Origin: Octopus sinensis
Taxonomy: Eukaryota
Length of the DNA: 64,000 nucleotides
Reading direction: 5' to 3'
NCBI RefSeq assembly: GCF_006345805.1
Contig: NC_042998.1
Coordinates: forward strand, 161,882,001-161,946,000
Positions 27,650-39,735 of the stretch are shown here, one piece after another. The notes below the pieces were generated by a model, which made no database searches, had not been told where the DNA came from, and saw only the letters and a program-made list of their open reading frames with translations. The position numbers were made by a program, and so were the translations under genes. Every line of letters starts with the position of its first letter. Within the stretch, counting starts at the first letter, position 1.

Positions 27650-28230
27650 TTTTGAGGAAAATTTCTAATCCCGTTACCAACATTTTTCTGGAATTGTACT
27701 GTAATTTTTCCATACTACATTTATAGGGTGTCATTTTCCTACCAAAAGTGGAATGAAGAATAATCTCTATAGATTTCAGTCAAAGTGCTTCGTTGATGAA
27801 GAACCAATAAGGTAACAAATATAAAGAGAAAACTGTCCAAGGCAGCTTTCAGTGAAATATTGCAGGCATTCAAGTGCGGCATGCACTGCATAATAAAATG
27901 CCTAATGGCAAATATCTATTCTTGAGAGCAATACTTCTTCTTGATGCCCTGACACCAAATATCAGTGACTGAGCACTTTCTCTTCACACAGCCATTTACA
28001 CTGAAAATCACCCTTGTTGATCCACTAACGTGTAAAATGAATGTGTATGGGTCATATTTAGCACATTGCATGAGAATTAAAGGTAAATAGTTTAAGATCT
28101 CTTTCTTCATATAACCAACGGTTTTATTCTTAGTTTTACTGCCTTTTGAATTGATGTCATTGATGGGCTTTTCGGAAAGACATGTGAAAATGCATTTGTT
28201 TTGTGTGTGAGGCAATTTATTTCATTAATA
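27650..28230 (-). mobile_element. Possible old hAT transposase relic
   Basis: Starts CAGGG on plus; minus strand GIKKKYCSQE...CMPHLN...SFLFIF loosely resembles the hAT CxAHxLN region. Confidence 0.3.
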
Positions 28231-28556
28231 TTCAGATTCACTCCTTTGTATATGAAATGGCTATCACTTAATTTAATTGTGACTCACAAATCATACTGAA
28301 AAATAGCTGTGGATGAAAACAATGTAAAAATAAAGTGAATATGTGCATCAGAATTTTAAAGTTGTTTGTCAGTGTGTCTTGTACAGCTTGTATAAAAGTA
28401 ACATGCATGCACTAATCATTTTTGGTGCCTATGGAATCACAAGTAGACTCAGACACCTTCTTGAATCACTAACCCTTGGAAGTAGTTTGAGAAAGAGCTA
28501 CTTGTTATTTCTAGCATTCCAAATTACTATGAAGAAGCTCCCTTGTTCAGTAACAG

Positions 28557-28782
28557 TTAACCCTTTAGCATTAAAACAGGCCGTATCTGGTGAAATTATT
28601 CTTGCTGTTTTATGTTCAAACTGGCCACATCTGGCCCCTCACATCTATTCTACAATGTCATTCTGAAAATGAAGTTATCTCATAAAAATATGAAAGCTAT
28701 AAAACAATGGATTATTAATTCAAAACAATATGAATAAATAAACATTACAATTGACAGATTAATCTAAATGCTAAAGAGTTAA
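28557..28782 (+). mobile_element. piggyBac-type MITE (TTAA-flanked)
   Basis: TTAA-ccctttagcatt ... aatgctaaagag-TTAA; related copies at about 33040-33237 and 51650-51850. Confidence 0.75.
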
Positions 28783-28828
28783 AAATTGCATTTTGTTTCT
28801 TTGAAGTAGCAAAATGAAACAACAAATA

Positions 28829-28859
<31 letters not shown>

Positions 28860-29711
28860 AAATGTAGCCATATCAAGCTACAATACCAACATCTGATCTT
28901 AGAGAGTTCCACAGGAACTTGGGTTTTGTTTCTGTTACACTATTAAAGACAAATTTTATTTAGAAATCAAAGCTATTAAGTAACAGAAAATATTTGAAAG
29001 AAATTTTGTTATTTTCAAAGAATAAAGAAACATAAAAATTGCTTTTCCTTTAACTACAAAATTTTCTGGTTATTTCTGTAATGTTAGAAAAATAACTAAA
29101 TATCTAGAAATGTCTTAGAAAGTGCCATTTAAACTATGATGTAACAGTAAAATGTTTTCACAACAAAGTAGTTCTTCCTTATAGTCATAAGATCTCAAGC
29201 AGGTAAGTCAAGTAAATCTTGTCTGTGAATTGGCATTGAACCAGCACCTCCCATTTCAAATTGATTGGTTCTTATAACATTTACTTGACAATACACACAT
29301 TATTAAAAAAATGGTAACACAGCTAGGCAGCAGATTAAAAATAAGACAAACTAGGACTGTTGGCAAAATGAAGTTAAATCCACTACTGAGAGTTCTCAGC
29401 CACGCCAGCTTTGATTTATTGGCTGGACACTCACCAAATTTATATTTAGATCTAAGGGAAACCAGAACAGGTATTTAATTATTTACTGAATTTCATTTCA
29501 TGTGTAAATGTTTAGGTGCTTCTCTTCAGATTTCACTCATTCATTTAGTTATGAAGTACAAAATTGTTTAGTCTACAAATTACAGCTCATACTTATGTCT
29601 TATTTTAATAGACATATACTTTTTGTTCACTTGAAATTTCAAACAATTATCTTTTAGACATTTTCCACATCTCTGGAAACACTTCACTATTATTATTAGT
29701 AGTATTACAGT

Positions 29712-30345
29712 AAGGCAGTGGGTTGATAAAATGGTTAGCACACCAGGGAAAATGCTTAGCAGCATTTCATCTGTCTATACATTCTGAGTTCAAATTCTGC
29801 TGAGGTCTTCTTTGCCTTTCATCTTTTTAGGGTTGATAAAATAGGTACCAGTTGAATACTGGGGTCAATGTAATCAACTTACCCCCTTCTCCGAACTTAC
29901 TGGCCTTCTGCCAAAATTTGAAACTATATTAGCATGCTGGGGGAAATGCTTAATGGCATGTCATCTTTCACCTATGCTTTGAGTTCAAATTCTGCTGAAG
30001 TCAGCTTTGCCTTTCATAATTTTGGGGTCGATGTAAACAGTACCTCTCAAGCACTGGGGTTGATGTAATCATCTTACCTTCTCCCCACAAATTTCTAGCC
30101 TTGTGCCCATAGTAGGAATGATTATTAATAGTATTATATTAAGGTGGAGAGCTGGTAGACTGGCTAGCATGCTAAACAAAGTGCTTAGTGGCATTTTGTC
30201 TGTCTTTATGTTCAACTTCCACTGAGGTCAACTTTGCCTTTCATCCTTTAGAGGCCGATGAAATGAATACCAGTCAAGCAATGTGGTCAATGCAATTGAC
30301 TACCATCCATCTCCGCCAAATTTCAGGCCTTGTGCCTATAATAGA
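29712..30345 (+). mobile_element. Three head-to-tail SINE family B copies
   Basis: Three diverged copies at about 29712-29925, 29925-30120 and 30140-30345. Confidence 0.85.
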
Positions 30346-30719
30346 AAGTTTTATTGCTAGTTTTCTCATGTGACTGAAGACCAGGATTTGGGACCCCTTA
30401 TGCTACATTTCTGATAATAGCTTCTTAATTCATTTGCAGTTAAATCTTGTGGGGTAAAAATTAAGATTATTAGGCTGAAATTTGAAAAACCAAAGGATAT
30501 CGACCATTTGAATGAACACAATGTTGTTTTAGTCTTTACTTGTTATATTTTAGATAAAGATATACTAATATAGTACAAATCAGGCCTCTGAACACAAATA
30601 AGATAGTCTTGGTTTCATTTCACTGAAAAAACCCCCTCAAATAGTCATGTCTGCAATGCTATGATCTGCATTATCAAAATATGCCTGGACCCATACAGGC
30701 CATAAATATGATGCAACAT

Positions 30720-31110
30720 AATCTTTAATCTTTTATTTGTTTCAGTCATCAGACTGTGGCCATGCTGGGGTACTGCCTTGAAGAATTTTCATTGAATAAA
30801 TTAACCCCAGTACTTATTCTTTAAAGTACTGGTACTTATTCTATCAGGCTCTTTTGCTGAATCACCAAGTCATGGGGATGTAAACGCACCAACACTGGTT
30901 GTCCAGCGATAGTCGTGGGGACAAACAAACACATACACATATATGACAGGCTTCTTCCAGTTTCCATCTACCAAATACACTCACAAGGCTTTGGGTGGCC
31001 AAAGGCTATAGTAGAAGTCACTTCCCCATGGGACCACACATAAGAACTGAACCCAGAACAATATGGTTGGGAAGTAAACTTATTACTACACAGCCACTCC
31101 TGCGCCTATA
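30720..31110 (-). mobile_element. SINE family A
   Basis: Full reverse-complement match. Confidence 0.85.
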
Positions 31111-31395
31111 ATATTAATATATTTAGAAAAAACGGGATTAACCTAAAAATAAAATATCAGATCTATTGCAATATCTTTATCCTCTAAGCCTTTAATTTAT
31201 CTTGAAGCTCAAGCTAAACAAAAGTATAAATTTTGTGTAATTAATTCCTCATTTCTTGAAGTTATTTCACCATTTCCTTGACAATTGTTCATAATTGTTT
31301 CTATGAGTTTACTTGCTTTCTTCTCTGCAAATTACCTGGGCTATAAATGTGTTCTACACATTTTCATCCCTTTGGTTGAAGATGAAAGTAGGGTA

Positions 31396-31453
31396 GGACA
31401 GTTGGTGTGCTGATGATGACTGTTGAGACAGAAACATTAGTCCACAGCTGTCC
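31396..31453 (+). ncRNA. Type I hammerhead ribozyme motif
   Basis: Core CTGATGA at 31410-31416; stem II TGACT-GTTG-AGACA (4 of 5 pairs); GAAA at 31431-31434; stem III AC-ATTA-GT; GTC cleavage triplet ending 31442; stem I GTG/CAC plus GGACAGTT/AGCTGTCC. Confidence 0.7.
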
Positions 31454-31469
31454 TTTTATCTTCATACTA

Positions 31470-31621
31470 TGACTGTATAGTAAGAAGTTTGCTTCCTAAC
31501 CACATTGTTCTGGGTTCAGTCCTACTGCACGGCACTTTGGACAAGTGTCTATAACTATAGCTCTGACCATACAAAAACATATAAGAGAATTTTGGTATAC
31601 CAATACCGAAAGAAGACCATC

Positions 31622-31654
<33 letters not shown>

Positions 31655-31915
31655 TATACGCATATGTATATGTACATGAGTGTGTATTTATCTATGTGTG
31701 TGTGTGTTTGTGTTTGTTTCCTACCACTGCTTGACAATTGGTGTTAGTTTGGTTACATCCTTGTAACTTAGCAATTTGACAAAAAGAGACCAATAAAATA
31801 AGTACCAAATTTTAGAAAAAGTATTTGGGATTAATTTGTTCAATTAAACCCTTCAAGGCAGTGCTCCAGCATGGCTGCAGTCCAATGATTGAAACAAGTA
31901 AACAATAGAAAGATA
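31470..31915 (+). mobile_element. SINE family A
   Basis: Full head to tail match. Confidence 0.85.
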
Positions 31916-32461
31916 AAATATGCTATATAAATATGTTTGCATCTATGTATATTACTTAATTAGTTTTTGAATGTTTTGTATATTAAATAGAGTATAAGTA
32001 ACTTATGCAGTTATATCATCATCATCATCATTAACATCATCCTCATCAGTATTCATTATCATTGCTTTAACATCCACTTTTCCATGCTGACATGGGTCAA
32101 ACAAAATTTATTGAAGCAACCTTTCTACAGCTGCAGCATGCTTTTCAAAAGATGGAAAGCTCACAACATGAATTATCTTTGTGATAGATTGGTTGTATAG
32201 GGATTGATCCAGCACTAATCAACAACAGAAAACCACTACTGCTGCTGCTGCCACCACCACCGCCACCACCGCCACCACTACTGAAAAAGCCGGAAAGGAA
32301 AATGATTGCTATGTGATCATTGTTAGTATATAATTTCAAAATAACAGCAAGCAGTTACCATGGCTTATATATGAAGTGCTGAACATATGAATTGTTGCAA
32401 GATATTTAGGTTAGTTATCATTGCAGCATTTTTACACTTGAATTAAGTCCTTTACAATTAA

Positions 32462-32876
32462 AATATTTGGATCTTTTCACTTTGACCAGCAGATTTAAAA
32501 AGTAATATTTTGTAACTAAACACTTTTAAACTTCGTATACTGGTGGAATGTGTCACATAAAACATCTTTTTCTCTTGGCGTTCTTAAGAAAATTCTGTAG
32601 TTTGTAAGCTATTTGTTGTTAAATTTCTCGTATTTGGGCAATTTCAACCAATCAATGACGTCTATTGAGGTGAATACAAATACTGCTGCTGTTTGTCAAC
32701 ACGAAGTTCCGGCGGTGTATATTTCGTTTGTCACTGTTTAAAGAATTTTCTCAAGAACGCCAAGAGTAAAAGATGTTTTATGTGACACATTCTACTAGTA
32801 TACGAAGTTTAAAAGTGTTTAGTTACAAAAAATAATTTTTTAAATCTGCTAGTCAAAGTGAAAAGATCCAAATATT
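32462..32876. mobile_element. Foldback MITE with 135-bp inverted arms
   Basis: 32462-32596 is the near reverse complement of 32742-32876. Confidence 0.85.
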
Positions 32877-33414
32877 CTGTTATCCTAAAGTAGTGAGGGT
32901 TGTATGAAATCTTGGAATTTATGTGAACTAGGTTTGGGCCATGATCTTAATAATTCTTGTTTGGAAATGCTTTAAAGAAAAGAAAGCTGAAATGGCCTGA
33001 CCATGAAACAAGACTTAATGTCCTTGTGAAGGCCATACTTTAAACATTTAGCATTCTACCCATTTTGTGTTCGAGTTGACCAGATCAGAACTCTCACACC
33101 TACCTTACAATGTCATTCTAAAAATAAGCAATCATATCATTGCTATCCTGAAGCTATGAGATAATGCATGATTAATTCAAAACAATGTGAATAAAAAAGC
33201 TACATTTGACAAAGAAATCTGAATGCTAAAAGGTTGAGGAACTATAAACATAAAAAGAATTGGTAGATAATGGAAAAGATTGATGGACAAGGACAGAGAA
33301 TGGGCTAGCAAATCATTAATGGAGACCCGAGTTTTTGTACACATTGGTGACAAGATGGAGGAAACAAGTGTACAGTATGTTATGTGTGTGCTCATACGAT
33401 ACCACTGGAAGGTG

Positions 33415-33625
33415 AAGCCAAGCAAACCAAGCCAAGCTACATCAAACCAGGCCAAGACTGGTCTAGCCAAGCCTAACTAAGCCACGCCTGTCCAAGGTAA
33501 GCCTAGCCTAGCCTAACTTAGCCAAGACAAGCCAAGCTTAGCCTAGCCAAATCAAGTCTAGCCTAGTCAAGCCAAGCCAAGTCAAATCTAGGCTAGCCAA
33601 GCCAAGCCTTGCCAAATAAAACCAA
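33415..33625. repeat. Degenerate pentanucleotide satellite (AGCCA/AGCCT)n
   Basis: About 40 diverged 5-bp units. Confidence 0.85.
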
Positions 33626-35030
33626 AGTACCCATGAATGCTCTTGTAAGAGTAGCTATATATCATAATAAATACATCTTCCCTAAAATCTATCACACTTC
33701 AAATAAATAAATAGAATTTAAAAAAAATTTCTAGCATCAAGCTCTTTGCTGTAGCATTCAAACTCCATTTCTGTTAACTCTTGCTCTTCAATAGATTTAT
33801 GATAATCAATATTTTGTTCCACATCATCATCATCATCATAATGACAACAGCAGTAATATCAATTGTTTTATTAACATTTGTGTCATCGTTATTTTTATCA
33901 TCCTTGTCAACTCTTCCATCAATGTCACTTCCACCACCACCACCACCACCACCATCATCATCATCATCTTCCATTATTTTCTGATCAATTGTATGCATGT
34001 TTGTGAAGAGTTGGTACTGATGACTAGGGTAACAACTATGAAGGTGATATTGATGGTGATGGTTATGGTAATGATGATGGTGATGTGATATGTTCTTTAT
34101 GAATATACTTCCTTTCATGTATCAAACATCCGGTGTCACATAATTGCGACAAAGATTGACAGTTAAAAATCATTCTTTGAAATGAGATAATCAAAAATCA
34201 GGAACAAAGTCAATGATCAAGAAGACAGCCATTAAATAAGAATTGTTATCTGTCAGAAGTGTCAGAGTTTAACCGATTCTAAGGAATTTACTTTAATTCA
34301 CAGAAGACATGTTCATGACTGCAATTTAAAAATGACAAGGGCAATGCTAAAGCTATTAAACAAAATTCAATTTTGATTATATTTATATACTTAAATATTT
34401 ATATTTTAAAAAATTATTATCATTAAATTTTATTTCATTTATTATTTTTAAGTTTCTTTCTTTGTAACTTGACAATATTTCTGAGATTTTGTGACCGTTT
34501 TTCTTTAAATAATTTTTTTTATTTCAAATAGTTGGAAGCTTTTAAGCATTTTCTTTGTGAAGAAGAATTTAGGGTAACCAAGATAAAAGCATGTTTGAAC
34601 TATAGGCTGCTATTTCAAAAATATTTTAATTTCAAAGGAATTGGCATGTGATTTCTGAGGACAGATAGTGAAAACTTTTTAACTTCCTTGCATAAAACCT
34701 CTGTAAGAATTGGAATCATTTTCATCACACATCTTTGGTGACAGAATCATTAGCATACCAGACAAAATGCTAAGCAACATTTTGTCTGACTTTATGTTCT
34801 GAGTTCAAACTTTGTTGAGGTTGACTTTGCCTTTTTTGCGGTTGATAAAATAAGTACCAGTTGGGCACTCGGGTTCATGTAATCTACTTACCCTCTCAAA
34901 CGAACTAGCTGGTCTGGTGCCAAAATTTGAAACAAGTGTTAACAACTGAAATTAGGTACATTTGTTATTGTAAGAACCACTTCAGTACTGATTGTACCAA
35001 AGAATTGAAGTGTGAATGAGTAAGTGAGTG

Positions 35031-35192
<162 letters not shown>

Positions 35193-35476
35193 AAGTAATG
35201 AAGATCATCTATGCAAAAAGAGCATAAAACCTCAGTTTATCAGACAGTGGAATTCCTTTATTTCTGTTAACTCTTGCTCTTCAATAAATTTATGATAATC
35301 AATATTTTGTTCAACATCATCATCATCATCATCATCATCATTAACATCATCATCATCATAGTGACAACAGCAGTTGTTCACTAACAGCATCAACCAGTAC
35401 AATCACTTGTAATCATCATGTGATGAGTGAGACATAATGGTTGTACAGGAAAATACCCAGACTGTCAAAGGAAACA

Positions 35477-35688
35477 TTAACTCTTTCGTTACTGTATTTG
35501 TTTTGAAATACATAACTTTTGTTTCAAATTTCTAAAGTAATGAAGACTTTAGTAAAATAACATAATCATTATTAAACTGGTTTTTGGAACACAAATTAAC
35601 ATGAAATTTTAATGAAAGGTTTTAATTTGGGTTACTTTAAAGCAGGAAGTTGGTATGGTAGAACCAGGGGCAATCTGAGGTGGGTTAA
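35477..35688 (+). mobile_element. Second piggyBac-type MITE family
   Basis: TTAA-ctcttt ... gtggg-TTAA; partial copy at about 37340-37430. Confidence 0.6.
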
Positions 35689-36366
35689 CACAAAACCATG
35701 AAAGTGAGTGAAGAAGGACTTCTATAAAACAATAATGATGCCCCTCCATTAAAGAAACAATGAAGAAGATGAAAAGCAGATGAAGAGCTAAAATAGTAAA
35801 ACTACATCACGTAATATAGAAGGGTGGTGCAAAAATAGGTATGCATTAATGAAAAAAGAAAACATGTACAATACTCGTTTATTTTTAGCAAAAAAAATTT
35901 AAAGTTATGACAAAAGTACTATTATAGTTACGATAAATGTACTATGATTATGACACTGAAATATCAAAAATGAGGCTAACTAATTTAATGTGTGAAGAAT
36001 TTTAATGATTTACGTATTATATCATTGACATGACACTTATTGTATACCTACTTTTGCATTCTCCTGTGTATATCTTTCATCTTGTTTTAGTTATTAGACT
36101 GCAGCCATGCTGGGACACCACATGAATCCAGTACTTACTTTTTTTAAAGACTGGTTATGGGGGCATAAACAAACCAACAGCAATTGTTAAGCAGAAGTGG
36201 AAAACAAATACACACATAGGTATACGCATAAACTCACACACACATACAATATTTATATATATATATGCCTATATATACTGATACATCTGCTTGTTTTCTA
36301 CACCAACTGTCTTCATCTTTTTTTTTTTGTGAATTCTCCCTATTTATATATATATATATATATATA

Positions 36367-36532
36367 TTGGCATATATGATGGGCTTCTTTCAGTTTCTGT
36401 TTACCAAATCTATTCACAAGGCTTTGATTGGCTTGGGACTATAGTGGAAAAGACTTACCAAAGGTGCTATGTTGTGGGACTGAACCTGCTACCATTGTGG
36501 TTGGGAAGCAAGCTTCTTACCACACCACCACA

Positions 36533-36580
<48 letters not shown>

Positions 36581-36743
36581 CATATATGATGGGCTTCTTT
36601 CAGTTTCTGTTTACCAAATCTATTCACAAGGCTTTGATTGGCTTGGGACTATAGTGGAAAAGACTTACCAAAGGTGCTATGTTGTGGGACTGAACCTGCT
36701 ACCATTGTGGTTGGGAAGCAAGCTTCTTACCACACCACCACAC

Positions 36744-36744
<1 letters not shown>
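36367..36744. repeat. Perfect tandem duplication, 210-bp period
   Basis: 36367-36534 is identical to 36577-36744, separated by (TA)n; the unit is a SINE fragment. Confidence 0.9.
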
Positions 36745-36776
<32 letters not shown>

Positions 36777-38099
36777 TGTATATAGAACACTTTTTGATTT
36801 GTGTAATTTCTGATCATTTTCAGGTTCCTTATTTGTGAATGAGTACATAGTCTCAGACTAGATTCAGATTTTTTAAAAAAACCTGTTTTGCTAAACAAAG
36901 AATAATAGTGTTTCTTATCTACACAACCACTGATACAATATAGATATAAATACTGAAAATAAATTTTCTGAAGATGAAGTTAATAGTGCAGAAACTTATA
37001 ATGTTATTAGCAACTCATCTCAAAATTTTCAATATTTAATAAAAATCATTTCTTCTTCTTGGCTTGTAAACCAATTTGACAATGATCACTTAGTTATGGT
37101 ACACCAAGCAGTAATGACCATAACAAAAAGAAACAATAAAAAATGAAACAAATACTGCATGTAGAATAGTTATACATTATAAGGACAGAAAATTAATTTC
37201 TTTAGCTACTGAGAATAAGGGAAAATGGTTAACAGTGATTGAAATCTTAAAATTGTTTTCAATAGGGATACATTCCAGCAACTCTTTAGTGTTCAACAAG
37301 AGAATAAATACAAGCAAGTTACATTGTTGTAGTAAAATTTCTAATGAACTTTTTCTTTGTAAGTTTTTAATTTAGGTTACTTTAAGACGGGAAGTTGTAT
37401 GTACCACATACAAGGTTCAAGAATGGGTTGTGTGTTTATGAAACTTGTTTTGCAATCACTTGAATTTGTGCTCAGTTCTACTGCCTAGTACTAGGCAGTA
37501 ATGGAATTAGGTGAATTTGGTAGATGAAACTGAGGGGAAGCCAGTCAGATAGATATAGTCAATTCAAATAAACGAATAATAAAATAAAATTAAATTAACG
37601 GACAAAAAGAGGACATGCATAAAGAATGTATTAGTTTGACACTTGGCAAAAAGAGGAAGTTTGATATCACAAGCATAGCTCTTTGTCAGAAAGGAGAAAG
37701 TGAAAAGTCCAAAGAAGGAAAAGAAACTACCGACAGCATGTGTGTAGTATATATATATATATATATATATAGTTAAAAAGAAAGGGTAGAAACAGCACAA
37801 AAGTGTTTCAAGATTGTCTTATATTTATGTAAGATCTTATAACTTACTGGTTTTGGCAAAATAGACAGAATGAGTACTAGACTTGAAAATACGTACTGGC
37901 GTCAATCTGTTCAACTAAAACCCTTCAAGGTGGTGCTCCAGCATGGCTGTAGTCCAATGAATGAAACAAGTGAAAAGATACTTTTCATATAATTTCTTTA
38001 TTAGTGGTTTGGAGAAAAGGAAGGAAGGACTGAGCCAAGTGATTAGTGAGTGGTTTGGGGTATATGGACTCAATATGAGGGATAATGGACAAAAATGAA

Positions 38100-38400
38100 T
38101 ACTTCAGAAGGGCCTGAGCTCATGTGGCAAGAGATCAACTAATTCTGAGGAACAGAGGCCATAGCTGTAATTGAAGAAGCAGAGTAAGTGAACCAGAGGT
38201 TGGAATGTGTCAGTGTGCAACTTCTTGCCAATTAGTAGAGCATTTTTTTTTTTAAATATGTGATTTAGCATGTCAGCTTGTTTATTGCAGCAGCTCTGTC
38301 CCAAATGTAGGAACAATATTCTGTTCTTCAGTTCAATTAAAAAGATATAATTTGACTCTGAAATCTTCAGCATTGGTAATGACCAAAGTAAAAAAGATGC
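38100..38400 (-). mobile_element. Old CR1-like LINE RT C-terminal relic
   Basis: QPL...FNYSYGLCSSELVDLLP resembles the LINE RT C-terminal motif YxGxCSSELxxLxP. Confidence 0.6.
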
Positions 38401-39349
38401 ATTTGTAGTGTAACAGTTTAATGGCACAAAACTAAAAGAACCAAGGAAAAAAAACTGTCATAGCTGAGATTATGAGAGAGAGGAAGGGAGAGAGAGGGAA
38501 AGAGAATGAGAGAGTGGAGAGAGAGAGAGTACACTGGTGTTATTAGTTGCAGTTATGTTGATGGAAGAGGAATTTGCTTTTATTGCTTCTATGGCTGCTC
38601 TTCCTAGTTTTCTTTTACAATACTGCAATTTTTTTTTCATACAGAAATTGAATTTTTCTTTCTTTCAAATTCAAATCCTTATTGTTTTGTTACATTAAAA
38701 TCTTTGCTGATTAGAATTATTTTCCAGTCACTCTCCTTGCTATGTAGGTCAGAAAATCCAGTCAGGAATGCACAGTTTTTTTCTTCCTTTTTTGAAGTGG
38801 GGAGGAATTCATTAACAAAAGCAATATCATTATTCAATATTTCAGTAATTCCCATTAGGCACAATTGGATTCATTATTGCTGTTTGGTTCTCAGTGAACT
38901 AAGTCTGGCAACTAATTTAAATTTCTGTTTGGATGCAGCCATTTGGAAAAGTATGAACATCACAAATTCTCGTTTCTCTTGTTTAAACTTTTTACCATAG
39001 CTTCATACAATGAAAAAACAGAAATAATAATTATTACGAATGTTCTTGTTTTAGCATATTCAGTTTCTGATGTCACGGTGTTCTAGAAAGTTTTCTGTAA
39101 ACTTAATTAATAATGCAGTTTCAATTTCCAGATAGATTTTTGTCACTTCATTTAAATTGCTAACACTTTTGAGAAAGGTAAAAATTACACACATTCCCAT
39201 TTACTGTCTAACAGTCTCTAGTTTTATGCTAGTGTTCAAAATTATTAATACAAATAATGATATTGCTACAGACTAAGTGGTTTGTGATATTTAGCTAAGA
39301 AACAGTATTCTAAGATCAAATCCTGTCTATTTGCAGAAACTATTTTTTA

Positions 39350-39735
39350 TCTTTTCTTTTATATTTTATTTATTTCAGTCTTTTGACTGCAGTCATGCTG
39401 GGGCACCATCTTGAAGAACTTTTAGTTAATCGAATCGACCCCCAGTCCTTGTTTTTTTTTAAGCCTGGTCCTTATTTCATCGGTCTCTCTTTTACCAACT
39501 GCTAAATTATGGGGATGTAACCTCACCAACATTGCTTGTCAAGTGGTAGTGAGGGGCAAACACATATATGAACACACACACATACACATAGATGATGGGC
39601 TTCTTTCAGTTTCCATTTACCTAATCCACTCACAAGGCTCTGGTCGGCTCAAGGTTATAATAGAAGACACTAGCCCAAGGTGCCACACAGTGGGACTAAA
39701 CCTGAAACTATGTAACTGGAAGCAAGCTTCTTTCC
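39350..39735 (-). mobile_element. SINE family A
   Basis: Full reverse-complement match. Confidence 0.85.

Noticed and set aside
36968-37010. ctgaaga...gaaac second hammerhead-like core
   Set aside because: Stem II pairs poorly and no stem I can be formed.
38679-39000. Opposing 61-aa and 98-aa ORFs in unique sequence
   Set aside because: No recognisable domain; the minus frame has tandem stops upstream and no coherent splice pair.
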